Shown here: piece after piece, positions 51,768-64,000 of the stretch
Position numbering within the stretch: position 1 is the stretch's first letter
Layout of the letters: every line of letters starts with the position of its first letter
From: Macrostomum lignano
Taxonomy: Eukaryota
Length of the DNA: 64,000 nucleotides
Direction: 5' to 3'
Assembly (NCBI GenBank): GCA_002269645.1
Contig: NIVC01000665.1
Span: 186,001-250,000, forward strand
Translations under genes and position numbers: made by a program
The notes under the pieces: generated by a model
Told to the model about the DNA's origin: nothing
The model's input: only the letters and a program-made list of their open reading frames with translations
Databases searched by the model: none

Positions 51768-52199
51768 TCGAAGTTATCAGTGAATTTGTACCACTTATAT
51801 AATTAATTCAACACTCACACCAAGTCAGGTAGAGTAAAAAGTCACGCGAAGCAGTTATGACATAATCAATTTCTTAGGCAAGTCAGTACCAGTGTCTATG
51901 AAAGTTAACAATATGGTTACGTAATATAAATTCAGTACTGCACTATACTTTCACCCTCAAAGCTGTGACGCAATTCAATTGAGTGTCAAATTCAGCCAGT
52001 ACACAGACGATAAATAAAGTGTATTGTGATGCAATCTATTTCAGAATCAGAATTCAACCAGTCAGATTTTTCTCTAGCATTTTTACAATGCATTTCAGGT
52101 CGAAAGAGCTGCTTGACCTTTGCAAAAAATCATGTTTTTCGAATATTTAATCCCTTTAACATTGAGCAATTTCTTAGCCAATATGCATGTACCGTCCCG

Positions 52200-52310
52200 G
52201 GAAAATTTCTGATCGAATGGTGCAAGTTTGAAGAAAATCGGTTGAGCCGTTCGGGAGAAAATCAATTACAAGCAAGCAACCAAGCATTTCATTTTTAGTA
52301 TATTAGATTT
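52200..52310 (+). mobile_element. Possible 3' end of a non-autonomous Helitron/Helentron-type (Lep1/HINE-like) element
   Basis: Layout AAAATCGGTTGAGCCGTT ... (CAAG)3 ... CATTTCATTTTTAGTATATTAGAT resembles, from memory, Lep1-type ends. Confidence 0.35.
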
Positions 52311-52449
52311 TAAACTCGGTGGGTTTCAAATTTTAAGCTAAATGACAGGCATGAGCACTTTAACTGACTCCTGTTCGGCACCTCTTGTGCTCTGACCTTC
52401 AGCTGCGCTGCATTCTGACAGAAAACATCTGGAAATTTTGTCTGTCAAA

Positions 52450-52666
52450 AATAGATAGATAGATAGATAGATGGATAGATAGATAGTAGATAGCGAGAAA
52501 GAGCGAGCGAAGCGAGCTCTTTCGAGCTTGCTTGCCGCAGCCAATCAAGCTGAAAGCACGCACACAAGATCACCGGAAACGATTAAGGCAGCTGGAAAGC
52601 CAATGGGCGCGGTAAGCGCTTTTATCCAGAGGAACTACCTGCTGGTCTAGATAGATAGATAGATGG

Positions 52667-52697
<31 letters not shown>

Positions 52698-52732
52698 GAT
52701 AAATAGATAGATAGATAGATAAATAGATAGAT
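52450..52732. repeat. Two short (GATA)n tracts flanking a GAGCGAGCGAAGCGAGC-containing segment
   Basis: Direct reading. Confidence 0.8.
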
Positions 52733-53339
52733 GTTATTCCATAAACTTGATTCCAGATTCAAGTCCCGGAGATGGAATTAAGTAGGATATTCTTGCTGGG
52801 GAGTTTGGGATCTGATTGGCAGGCAAGAAGGTTTCGCTGATTCCGGATGAAGCATCGGGTCGCAGCTGCAGTGCTCAAATCGCTCAGAAGAGAATTGCTT
52901 TAGCCAGGCCGGGTCCCCATGCCACAGCGTGTTCTGTATGGGGATAACTTGGCCGCTCACAGCAGAAAAGTGGGGGGGGAACAGGCGCAAGTGGCAGAGG
53001 CGGAGCTCGCAGTTGGATTATAAAGTTTTCCTACGGCACGCGATAGCCCTGCCTGATGCGGCCAGACTTGGCTGGGGCAGGAGTGTAAAAGTTACAGAAT
53101 GGCTCCCCCCTACCCGCCACGGTCCCTCCAGCTCAGTGATCGATGGGGCCGCTGCGAGCCTCAGCAATAATCGACATGTTGAATCTTGATACCCCATTCA
53201 CCGCTCCTCTCCGCCTCACACCCGCAATTCGTTTTCCCATGATCCCAGTGGCCCTGTTGGATTGCAGTGAAAGTGCATCACTTCTGCGTCATTCTCCTGC
53301 TGGATCCAATGTGCGCAGCATACTGAGGCCTGCACCCTC

Positions 53340-53500
53340 GCCTTTGTCTCGCCCTCTAATCTCTGCCATCTGTCTGCCATCTGTCTGCCTACTCTGCCAT
53401 CTGTCTGCCATCTGTCTGCCATCTGTCTGCCTACTCTGCCATCTGTCTGCCATCTGTCTGCCATCTGTCTGCCTACTCTGCCATCTGTCTGCCATCTGTC
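53340..53500. repeat. Short 39 bp compound repeat (TCTGCCATCTG units)
   Basis: Direct reading. Confidence 0.85.
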
Positions 53501-54054
53501 CCTACCCGTCTTGTTCTCTTTTTCCCTTTTCCTGCCTCCCACCAATCGTTCCCAAACATGTCTGCTTGACACAACTGCTTGACACAACAAAGCACTTCTG
53601 CTTCAGCATCTCCATCCCAGTTCCTTCACCATTCCCAGCTTCCCCCTAACAGGTGTCTGAAGGACTGATTCTCAGTTTGAGCTGAGCAGACTAAAAATAG
53701 CGGCGAGAGCGACGACCGGCAGCTTCAGCAGAGTTGAGTTCCTTCAATGTTTGCGCCCACCTACAGACCGGAGCTGCCCAAATACTATGGGGGAGGGGCG
53801 AGAGACTTCTCCATGAACTCTCATTGGCTGAGACAGTGATGGGGCTGTTGCCAAGGCCGCAGTTGCTGACTGGCTGGGCAAAACTGCTCCGTAGTGTTAA
53901 CACATAATTTTCCTTCCCTCATATTTAACGACCAGAACCTTTGTGAGCTGCATCCCGGCCAGAAGGAAGCGTCCGTCTGATGGTGTTCTCCAGTTCTCAA
54001 GGTAAGGTTGACAGCTCAATTTTATAAAGGCGTTGAAGTGAAGCAAAGTTGCTA

Positions 54055-54290
54055 TGGGAATCTTAGATATGAGAATCTTAGCTATGAGAATCTTGGCTAT
54101 GAGAATCTTGGCTATGAGAATCTTAGATATGAGAATCGTAGCTATGAGAATCCTAGCTATGAGAATCTTAGCTATGAGAATCTTAGCTATGAGAATCTTA
54201 GCTATGAGAATCTTAGCTATAAGAATCTTAGCTATGAGAATCTTAGCTATGAGAATCTTAGCTATAAGAATCTTAGCTATGAGAATCTTA
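54055..54290. repeat. 15 bp minisatellite (GCTATGAGAATCTTA)
   Basis: Direct reading. Confidence 0.93.
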
Positions 54291-54549
54291 GTACCCAGCG
54301 AACAGCATTACTGAGCACTTTCTGAGCAGTTTCTGTCCTCTCTGTCTGTTTCCCTCTCCCAATAAACATGAAACAAAGATTAATCTGCTGGCCAAAGTCC
54401 TCAGGCGGTTCATTTCGATCAGACAGCCGTCTTCGATCTGTCTCACCCACCCGTCGGATCCCACTGCTCCCAGCTCAACTTCTCCTCAGCCATCCACACT
54501 GTGTTTCATTTTTTTCAATTTTCTGTGGGACAGATTTTCAGCGCTAATT

Positions 54550-56140
54550 ATAGGCGCCATAGCCGAGATTTTAGCGCCAAGTAAGCGCCACAGCTGATAT
54601 TCTAGCGCCGAAGTAAGCGCCACAGCAGAGACTTTAGCGCCAAGTAAGCGCCACAGCAGAGACTTTAGCGCCAAGTAAGCGCCACAGCTGATATTCTAGC
54701 GCCAAGTAAGCGCCACAGCTGATATTCTAGCGCCAAGTAAGCGCCACAGCAGAGACTTTAGCGCCAAGTAAGCGCCACAGCTGATATTCTAGCGCCAAGT
54801 AAGCGCCACAGCTGATATTCTAGCGCCAAGTAAGCGCCACAGCTGATATTCTAGCGCCAAGTAAGCGCCACAGCAGAGACTTTAGCGCCAAGTAAGCGCC
54901 ATAGCTGAGATTTTAGCGCCAAGTAAGCGCCACAGCAGAGACTTTAGCGCCAAGTAAGCGCCACAGCTGAGATTCTAGCGCCAAGTAAGCGCCACTGCTG
55001 ATATTCTAGCGCCAAGTAAGCGCCACAGCAGAGACTTTAGCGCTAAGTAAGCGCCACAGCTGAGATTCTAGCGCCAAGTAAGCGCCACAGCTGATATTCT
55101 AGCGCCAAGTAAGCGCCATAGCGGAGATTTTAGCGCCACGTAAGCGCCACAGCAGAGACTTTAGCGCCAAGTAAGCGCCACAGCTGAGATTTTAGCGCCA
55201 AGTAAGCGCCACAGCTGATATTCTAGCGCCAAGTAAGCGCCATAGCTGAGATTTTAGCGCCAAGTAAGCGCCATAGCTGAGATTTTAGCGCCAAGTAAGC
55301 GCCACAGCAGAGACTTTAGCGCCAAGTAAGCGCCACAGCTGAGATTCTAGCGCCAAGTAAGCGCCACTGCTGATATTCTAGCGCCAAGTAAGCGCCACAG
55401 CAGAGACTTTAGCGCCAAGTAAGCGCCACAGCTGAGATTCTAGCGCCAAGTAAGCGCCACAGCTGATATTCTAGCGCCAAGTAAGCGCCATAGCGGAGAT
55501 TTTAGCGCCAAGTAAGCGCCACAGCTGAGATTTTAGCGCCAAGTAAGCGCCACAGCTGATATTCTAGCGCCAAGTAAGCGCCATAGCTGAGATTTAAGCG
55601 CCAAGTAAGCGCCACAGCTGATATTCTAGCGCCAAGTAAGCGCCATAGCTGAGATTTTAGCGCCAAGTAAGCGCCATAGCTGAGATTTTAGCGCCAAGTA
55701 AGCGCCACAGCAGAGACTTTAGCGCCAAGTAAGCGCCACAGCAGAGACTTTAGCGCCAAGTAAGCGCCACAGCTGAGATTTTAGCGCCAAGTAAGCGCCA
55801 CAGCTGATATTCTAGCGCCAAGTAAGCGCCATAGCTGAGATTTAAGCGCCAAGTAAGCGCCACAGCTGATATTCTAGCGCCAAGTAAGCGCCATAGCTGA
55901 GATTTTAGCGCCAAGTAAGCGCCATAGCTGAGATTTTAGCGCCAAGTAAGCGCCATAGCTGAGATTTTAGCGCCAAGTAAGCGCCACAGCAGAGACTTTA
56001 GCGCCAAGTAAGCGCCACAGCAGAGACTTTAGCGCCAAGTAAGCGCCACAGCTGATATTCTAGCGCCAAGTAAGCGCCACAGCAGAGACTTTAGCGCCAA
56101 GTAAGCGCCACAGCTGAGATTTTAGCGCCAAGTAAGCGCC
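54550..56140. repeat. 31 bp minisatellite (TAGCGCCAAGTAAGCGCCACAGCTGATATTC), about 51 units
   Basis: Direct reading. Confidence 0.95.
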
Positions 56141-56694
56141 GCACCTGATGCGCAGCCCTCACCGATTGCTTCATGCATCAGTTGACAGAGAGTTCCTACA
56201 GGAAAAAATCTGCGACCTTCCTATGCTGACTTCGCGTCAATTTCTCTCCCATTAACAACTCTTTCTCTCCGCTTTGCCTGCACAAAAGCGCAGGGCCGAG
56301 AGGCCTCGGTTCTCTCGTCAGTTCCAGATTCTATTGGAACAGCAGGGGAATGACAGAAAGCTGCTGAATGCCAGCTCTCTGCCTGCGAGTGTTTATCAGC
56401 CACCGCAAATATTCCCTGCCGTGTTTATCTACTGGGAAAGGAGGGAGACCAGCAGCCCCGCCTGCCTGCCAGTCTGTCTGTCTGTAATCCCAAATCCCCA
56501 GGCCTCTTATTGCCCACGCACTCATCCCGTTTTCCATTTTCTGTCCACCTTGGAAAATCTCCTCTGCATCGGCAGGCAGCTGGAATTTATTCGATGGGAG
56601 AGGAGCGGGTTGGGAGTTCGAAGACGGAAGTGACAGCAGCTGATTTCATCTGGGAGTCTCGATGCAACTGAGAGCTCCTGCTTTGTTGACTCCT

Positions 56695-57945
56695 AAATAT
56701 GAGATTCTCATTGAGATGACTCTTAGATACGAGATTCTCATTAAGATGACTCTTAGATACGAGATTCTCATTGAGATGACTCTTAGATACGAGATTCTCA
56801 TTGAGATGACTCTTAGATACGAGATTCTCATTGAGATGACTCTTAGATATGAGATTTTCATTGAGATTACTCTTAGATACGAGATTCTCATTGAGATGAC
56901 TCTTGGATACGAGATTCTCATTGAGATTACTCTTAGATACGAGATTCTCATTGAGATTACTCTTAGATACGAGATTCTCATTGAGATGACTCTTAGATAC
57001 GAGATTCTCATTGAGATGACTCTTAGATACGAGATTCTCATTGAGATTGCTTTTAGATACGAGATTCTCATTGAGATGATTTTTAGATACGAGATTCTCA
57101 TTGAGATTACTCTTATATGAGATTCTCATTGAGATTACTCTTGGATATGAGATTCTCATTGAGATGACTCTTAGATACGAGATTCTCATTGAGATGACTC
57201 TTGGATACGAGATTCTCATTGAGATGACTTAGATATGAGATTCTCATTGAGATTACTCTTGGATATGAGATTCTCATTGAGATGACTCTTAGATACGAGA
57301 TTCTCATTGAGATGACTCTTGGATACGAGATTCTCATTGAGATGACTTAGATATGAGATTCTCATTGAGATTACTCTTAGATATGAGATTCTCAATGAGA
57401 TTGCTTTTAGATACGAGATTCTCATTGAGATGACTCTTAGATACGAGATTCTCATTGAGATTACTCTTGGATATGAGATTCTCATTGAGATTACTCTTGG
57501 ATACGAGATTCTCATTGAGATGACTCTTAGATACGAGATTCTCATTGAGATTACTCTTAGATATGAGATTCTCAATGAGATTGCTTTTAGATACGAGATT
57601 CTCATTGAGATGACTCTTAGATACGAGATTCTCATTGAGATTACTCTTGGATATGAGATTCTCATTGAGATTACTCTTGGATATGAGATTCTCATTGAGA
57701 TGACTCTTAGATGAGATTCTCATTGAGATGACTCTTAGATACGAGATTCTCATTGAGATTACTCTTGGATATGAGATTCTCATTGAGATGACTCTTAGAT
57801 GAGATTCTCATTGAGATGACTCTTAGATACGAGATTCTCATTGAGATGCCTCTTGGATACGAGATTCTCATTGAGATTACTCTTAGATATGAGATTCTCA
57901 ATGAGATTGCTTTTAGATATGAGATTCTCATTGAGATGACTCTTC
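56695..57945. repeat. 30 bp minisatellite (GAGATTCTCATTGAGATGACTCTTAGATAC)
   Basis: Direct reading. Confidence 0.95.
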
Positions 57946-58884
57946 GATCACTGAGATGATTCTCACAGATTCTGCAAAAATATCTTGCTCATCATGCCAC
58001 TCAATTATTCCTCAGTCGACTTCACCGGACTCGGCAAACTGCTTTAAACTGTTGCTGTGCTCAGAGCAGAGACTCTTGGGAGCTGCAGGGAGCGGCAGAA
58101 CGGGAGTGCATCGATTCGACAACGAAAGGAGGTGAGGAAGGGGGCAGTGGGGGAATTCAGGGAGAGCTGGTCAGTGATGAAGCGGCTTCGAGGCTGGAAA
58201 ATTTGATAAAAGGTTAAAGCGGCGAGGCCGGCGCCGCCTGAGTCTCTGGTTGGCAGCCATGGGGGGATTTGGGAGAAATAGGGGGAGATGGGGAGAGGCG
58301 GCTCCCACGGGAGCGGGTGGATTCGGAGGCTTGCCATTCTCCGCTCATCAACATCCCGCTGGTCGCACGGGGCGCACATACACGCTTTGCTTGTCAAGAG
58401 AAGAGAGGAGAGGAGAAGCAACGACTCGGTTGAGGAAGAGATGAAGAAGGGAGGCTGCAGCCGGTCCGCCCTGCCACTCCCCTACACCGCCCGTCGGTCA
58501 AGCTTTTGCCAGATTCAGGGCCAAATTTCTCTTGCAAAATTCACTTACGTAGTCGCTATAGATGACGGGGAGGCCTGAGCAGAGTGCGGTGAGTCTGACG
58601 GCTTCTTCATTAGAGGCTCTCGTCTGAGATGGGGGGGGGTGGGGCAGCACAGGCTGAGTTAGTTCGGAGTTCCCAGCTGGGCACCGGCTAAGCACATAAC
58701 ATGCGGGAGGAGCGAGGTTAGCCAAGCAGCGAATTAGAACTTTTGCCAACTATGGCCCTGCGTGCGTCATTGCGGAGGAGTTCTTTTTAATCAGGCTTAG
58801 TTACTGTAGAAATTCGACTACGTCCAGTGCAATGCTGCTCTGGTGATTATTCTGATATTATTATCCGATAATGAACAATGAGAC

Positions 58885-60395
58885 GAGAAGAGGGAAGGGA
58901 GAGGAGAGGAGAGCAGAGGACAGGAGAGGAGAGGAGAGGAGAGGAGAGGAGAGGACAGGAGAGGAGAGGAGAGGACAGGAGAGGAGAGGAGAGGAGAGGA
59001 GAGGATGGGAGAGGAGAGGAGAGGACAGGAGAGGAGAGGAGAGGAGAGGAGAGGAGAGGAGAGGAGAGGAGAGGACAGGAGAGGAGAGGAGAGGAGAGGA
59101 GAGGAGAGGAGAGGAGTGGAAAGGAGAGGAGAGGATGGGAGAGGAGAGGAGAGGACAGGAGAGGAGAGGATGGGAGAGGAGAGGAGAGGACAGGAGAGGA
59201 GAGGAGAGGAGAGGAGAGGAGAGGAGAGGAGAGGAGAGGAGAGGAGAGGAGTGGATAGGAGAGGAGAGGATGGGAGAGGAGAGGAGAGGACAGGAGAGGA
59301 GAGGATGGGAGAGGAGAGGAGAGGACAGGAGAGGAGAGGAGAGGAGAGGAGAGGAGAGGAGAGGAGAGGAGAGGAGTGGAAAGGAGAGGAGAGGATGGGA
59401 GAGGAGAGGAGAGGACAGGAGAGGAGAGGAGAGGAGAGGAGAGGAGAGGAGAGGAGAGGAGAGGAGAGGAGAGGAGAGGAGAGGAGAGGAGAAGAGAGGA
59501 GAGGAGAGGAGATGAGAGGAGAGGAGAGGAGAGGAGAGGAGTGGAAAGGAGAGGAGAGGATGGGAGAGGAGAGGAGAGGACAGGAGAGGAGAGGATGGGA
59601 GAGGAGAGGAGAGGACAGGAGAGGAGAGGAGAGGAGAGGAGAGGAGAGGAGAGGAGAGGAGAGGAGAGGAGAGGAGAGGAGTGGAAAGGAGAGGAGAGGA
59701 TGGGAGAGGAGAGGAGAGGAGAAGACAGGACAGGAGAGGGCAGGAGAGGAGAGGAGAGGAGAGGAGAGGAGAGGAGAGGAGAGGAGAGGAGAGGAGAGGA
59801 GAGGAGAGGAGAGGAGAGGAGAGAGAGGAGAGGAGAGGAGAGGAGAGGAGAGGAGAGGAGAGGAGAGGAGAGGAGAGGAGAGGAGAGGAGAGGACAGGAG
59901 AGGAGAGGAGAGGACAGGACAGGACAGGAGAGGAGAGGAGAGGACAGGAGAGGAGAGGAGAGGAGAGGAGAGGAGAGGAGAGGAGAGGAGAGGAGAGGAC
60001 AGGAGAGGAGAGGAGAGGACAGGAGAGGAGAGGAGAGGACAGGAGAGGACAGGAGAGGAGAGGAGAGGAGAGGAGAGGAGAGGAGAGGACAGGAGAGGAC
60101 AGGAGAGGAGAGGAGAGGAGAGGAGAGGAGAGTAGAGGAGAGGAGAGGACAGGAGAGGACAGGAGAGGAGAGGAGAGGAGAGGAGAGGAGAGGAGAGGAG
60201 AGGAGAGGACAGGAGAGGAGAGGAGAGGACAGGAGAGGAGAGGAGAGGACAGGAGAGGACAGGAGAGGAGAGGAGAGGAGAGGAGAGGAGAGGAGAGGAG
60301 AGGAGAGGAGAGGACAGGAGAGGAGAGGAGAGGAGAGGATGGGAGAGGAGAGGAGAGGAGAGGAGAAGACAGGACAGGAGAGGACAGGAGAGGAG
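58885..60395. repeat. (GGAGA)n pentanucleotide microsatellite, about 1.5 kb
   Basis: Direct reading; the same motif as 1-296 on the opposite strand. Confidence 0.97.
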
Positions 60396-61114
60396 GGAAG
60401 ACAGTTGGCCGAGTGCCCAAGTCCAACTGCCTTTCACTCACCAGTGAAAAGCACCAGCCATTCTACATGCAGCGCTGAAGTTAATACGGTAGAAAATATT
60501 TATGGAAGGCCAACCGCGCAGGGGAACAAGGGAGAATTCGGAAATGGCCCACCGTTTGGCGTGTAGAAGCATAGAAAAGCCTCCGAAAGAGAAAAATATA
60601 AGTAGAGAAAAGCCATTAACACAGTCTCGAAGATCTGCCAGATTAGGCTGATCCCAGCTTCAGGGGGAGATGGGAAATCTCCCAGCTCAGGCGAATGGCC
60701 TCAGCTCTCGAGAGCCCCTAAGGACTGGAATTGAAGACTTTCTTTCTGAAATTGTTTTCTTTGCTGATAAAAGACAACGGATTTAGCATGGCGGCTTTTT
60801 GCATGCCCGTGAGGATTTGTTGCCCAGTGAGATTAAAAATCCCGGTCAGATGAAGCAAAGCCCAAAGTCTCTCGGTCCAGAGCATTCGCTGAGAAACATG
60901 CTCAAACTACTTGATTCGGAATTTCTCGGGTTGGGACTGGCCAAGTGGCGGAGGGTAACGCGGTGTCCGACCCTCGCGTCCGGAGCTCGAATCCCGGCAC
61001 TCATACACACCCTCTCACGAGGTGCACAGCGCCATGACTTTCTGATCGGCAGAAGGCATGTATGTACACTCTCTCTGAGCCCTAGGGGGTTGGCCCTCAT
61101 GCTCGTAGGAGGAA

Positions 61115-61914
61115 CCAGGGACCGTGGCGAAAGAGTCAAGCGTGTTTACCGCTGAGCCAGGGACCGTGGCGAAAGAGTCAAGCGTGTTTACCGCTGAGCC
61201 AGGGACCGTGGCGAAAGAGTCAAGCGTGTTTACCGCTGAGCCAGGGACCGTGGCGAAAGAGTCAAGCGTGTTTACCGCTGAGCCAGGGACCGTGGCGAAA
61301 GAGTCAAGCGTGTTTACCGCTGAGCCAGGGACCGTGGCGAAAGAGTCAAGCGTGTTTACCGCTGAGCCAGGGACCGTGGCGAAAGAGTCAAGAGAGTTTA
61401 CCGCTGAGCCAGGGACCGTGGCGAAAGAGTCAAGCGTGTTTACCGCTGAGCCAGGGACCGTGGCGAAAGAGTCAAGCGTGTTTACCGCTGAGCCAGGGAC
61501 CGTGGCGAAAGAGTCAAGCGTGTTTACCGCTGAGCCAGGGACCGTGGCGAAAGAGTCAAGCGTGTTTACCGCTGAGCCAGGGACCGTGGCGAAAGAGTCA
61601 AGCGTGTTTACCGCTGAGCCAGGGACCGTGGCGAAAGAGTCAAGCGTGTTTACCGCTGAGCCAGGGACCGTGGCGAAAGAGTCAAGCGTGTTTACCGCTG
61701 AGCCAGGGACCGTGGCGAAAGAGTCAAGCGTGTTTACCGCTGAGCCAGGGACCGTGGCGAAAGAGTCAAGCGTGTTTACCGCTGAGCCAGGGACCGTGGC
61801 GAAAGAGTCAAGCGTGTTTACCGCTGAGCCAGGGACCGTGGCGAAAGAGTCAAGCGTGTTTACCGCTGAGCCAGGGACCGTGGCGAAAGAGTCAAGCGTG
61901 TTTACCGCTGAGCC
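61115..61914. repeat. Near-perfect 42 bp x 19 tandem array just upstream of the LRR-Ig gene
   Basis: Unit CCAGGGACCGTGGCGAAAGAGTCAAGCGTGTTTACCGCTGAG; only one visibly variant copy (about 61390). Confidence 0.96.
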
Positions 61915-62014
61915 GCTCTGACCAACCAGCCATCCTCGTTTGCAGGTGATTCACTTCCGGTTAGCAACAGACATTCAGCTGTAATCTACCACCGATAGCT
62001 ACCCGACACCAAGC

Positions 62015-63656
62015 ATGCTGGCATTTCTGGCGGCAGCAGCGGCAGTGCTGCTAAGCCTGCCGCAGGCGGCACTGCAGTGCCAGTACCGCAACGGCTACAT
62101 TTTCGAATGCGGTCACAACCAGCTGAGCAGGATGTCCCAGCTGCGCGGACCCCTGCCCGATGGTGTCACAGTGCTGGACATTTCCTACAACAGATTTGAC
62201 CAGCTGGACCCAGCCTACTTGGTGGAGCAGTTCCCCGGAGTGCAGCAGGTGCTGGCAGTGGACAACAGAATTACCAGACTGCTGCTGAATACCGATGCTC
62301 AAACTACTTGGCCGCAGTTGAGACTGCTCAGGCTGAGCAGGAACCGGCTGGAATCGATCAGCCGAGACGAGTTCTCATTCGGCACAGGCCTGGAGACGCT
62401 GCATTTCGACAACAATCGGTTGCAGAGTCTCAACAGGGGCTGCTTCAGCCGGTGTCACAATTTGAGTTTGCTCAATCTGGCGCACAATAATCTGGACTTT
62501 CTGCACTCGGATTACTTCTGGGGTGAGCATTGCGGCTTACTGAACCGGTTAAGGGGGGGGGCTGTAGCCTAGTGGTCAGAGCGTCGGACTCACAACTTGA
62601 AAGGTCGGGGGTTCGATTCCAGATCCACTAGAACAATTTGTGTCTAATATCTAAATATTGCACACAATAAAGTGCATCAGAATCTTCTACATCCGCACAG
62701 GCCTGTGGAGCCTTCAACGACTCCAGCTCAGCCACAACCAGCTCACCGGACTGTCCAGCGACGCCCTCGGCCACCTGCACAGCCTGAAAGCGCTGGACCT
62801 CAGCCACAACCGCATCAAGTCCCTGTCAGCCTCCGCTCTCCAGGGCCTGCCAAGCCTGTCCAGACTCAGCCTCGCAGGAAACCAGCTGACGGAGTTCCCG
62901 ATGGACGCGCTGAAACCGTCGCAGTCCCTGCTGCACCTGGACCTGTCGGGCAACCTCCTGACTGACCTGTACCCCGGCACCGTCACTCAGCTGGCCGCGC
63001 TCGAGAGACTGCTGCTGAACAACTCCGAGGAGTTGCAGCTCATCGATGCCGGAGCTTTCCAACGCCTGCCGCGACTGCGCCTGCTGGACGTCACCGACAG
63101 TCGCCGGCTGGTGTACATCAGCGCCAATGCATTTGTCAACTGTCCTCGTCTGGCGAAACTGCGACTGACCGGCTGCCCGCTGGCTGTCGCTCCGCTGGCG
63201 GACTGGCGACGAAACTCGCCGAAGATCAGCTCGATCGATATCGCCGAGGCGACACCCACCGGGGCTCCTGGCTCTGGCGGTGGCGGCGGCGACGTCATGG
63301 TGATGGACCTGTTCCCGGCCGAGATCGTGCTGTCCGAGGGCCACCGGCTCAGGCTGCCTTGCCGCTCTTATCCGGAAGGTCGGGCCAGCTGGCGGCTGCC
63401 CGCCGGTCTGGCGGCTGGCCGCTTCGCTGGAGGCGGCGAGCAGAGGCGACATCTACGGCATCACGTGACCGTCACTCCGCAGCAGGACCTGCTGCTGCAC
63501 GACGCCTTTGACAAGCTGAGCGGCACATATGCCTGCGTTGCCGACGAAGAAGTCAACGCGACCGCCGAGCATCCAGCGGAGAGCTTAGGGCGGCCGCTGA
63601 GACGAGAGGTTGCCATCAGCGTCAAACGGCTGGAGAGCCGGCTGCTGCTGTTGAAG
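62015..63656 (+). CDS. LRR-Ig cell-surface protein, LRRN/NLRR-like; 3'-partial
   Basis: Exon 62015-62522 (signal peptide MLAFLAAAAAVLLSLPQAALQ, LRRNT-like cap, LRRs) and exon 62701-63656 (LRRs, then an Ig domain LPCRS...W...LLL...GTYAC). Phase 1 intron; GTGA donor at 63657. LLLNNSEELQLIDAGAFQRLPRL...DSRRLVYISANAF resembles LRRN C-terminal LRRs. Confidence 0.85.
62553..62626 (+). mobile_element. tRNA-derived SINE head or tRNA pseudogene in the LRR-gene intron
   Basis: A-box-like TAGCCTAGTGG, B-box GGTTCGATTCC and a CT-CAC-AA loop, but weak anticodon-stem and acceptor-stem pairing. Confidence 0.6.
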
Positions 63657-63779
63657 GTGAAGAACAGACAGAGAGACACTAAGACACGATGACGCATATC
63701 GATAGACAGAAGAAACGGTAGGAACATACAGATGGAAAGTCGGAAAGACACTAAAATGGTTTCTAGATTAGAATTAAGA

Positions 63780-63859
63780 CAGTAAAACAGATAGGAAGAC
63801 ATACAGACTGACAGAGACAGACAGACGGACACTAAGACACTCCGATGCTAAGACACTAC

Positions 63860-63911
<52 letters not shown>

Positions 63912-63914
63912 GGC

Positions 63915-63981
<67 letters not shown>

Positions 63982-63990
63982 TAGACAGAC
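63780..63990. repeat. (GACA)n microsatellite, intronic
   Basis: Direct reading. Confidence 0.93.
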
Positions 63991-64000
63991 CGTCCCACCT

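Noticed and set aside
61115-61914. 42 bp array as a CRISPR array
   Set aside because: Units are contiguous with no unique spacers, there are no cas genes, and the context is eukaryotic. The same applies to the 25, 30, 31 and 48 bp arrays.
62553-62626. Functional tRNA-Val(CAC)
   Set aside because: Anticodon and acceptor stems pair poorly; better explained as a SINE head or pseudogene. tRNAscan-SE would decide.

Overview
Eukaryotic (metazoan) genomic DNA with GT-AG spliced genes, GC-rich exons, and introns filled with micro- and minisatellites. The style suggests a free-living flatworm such as Macrostomum, but that is an inference I cannot confirm. Contents in order: (1) a 5'-partial LOXHD1-like gene (+; 17 phase-consistent exons, 13 PLAT domains, about 2,047 aa in window); (2) a 3.18 kb non-autonomous CCC-ended TIR element (CMC/EnSpm-like, AT target-site duplication) that carries a degenerate Gypsy 3' end; (3) a four-EF-hand calmodulin-like gene (-); (4) a small secreted Cys-ring peptide precursor gene; (5) a full-length Ty3/Gypsy element with identical 213 bp LTRs but no HH half in its integrase zinc finger; (6) a 521 aa secreted precursor built from tandem, extremely acidic peptides separated by polybasic cleavage sites; (7) a 3'-partial LRRN/NLRR-like LRR-Ig gene; plus several tRNA-derived SINE-like copies and about 25 tandem arrays. 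The two peptide-precursor genes, especially the polyanionic one, are the most novel-looking items. All gene models were spliced by eye and no database searches were run.
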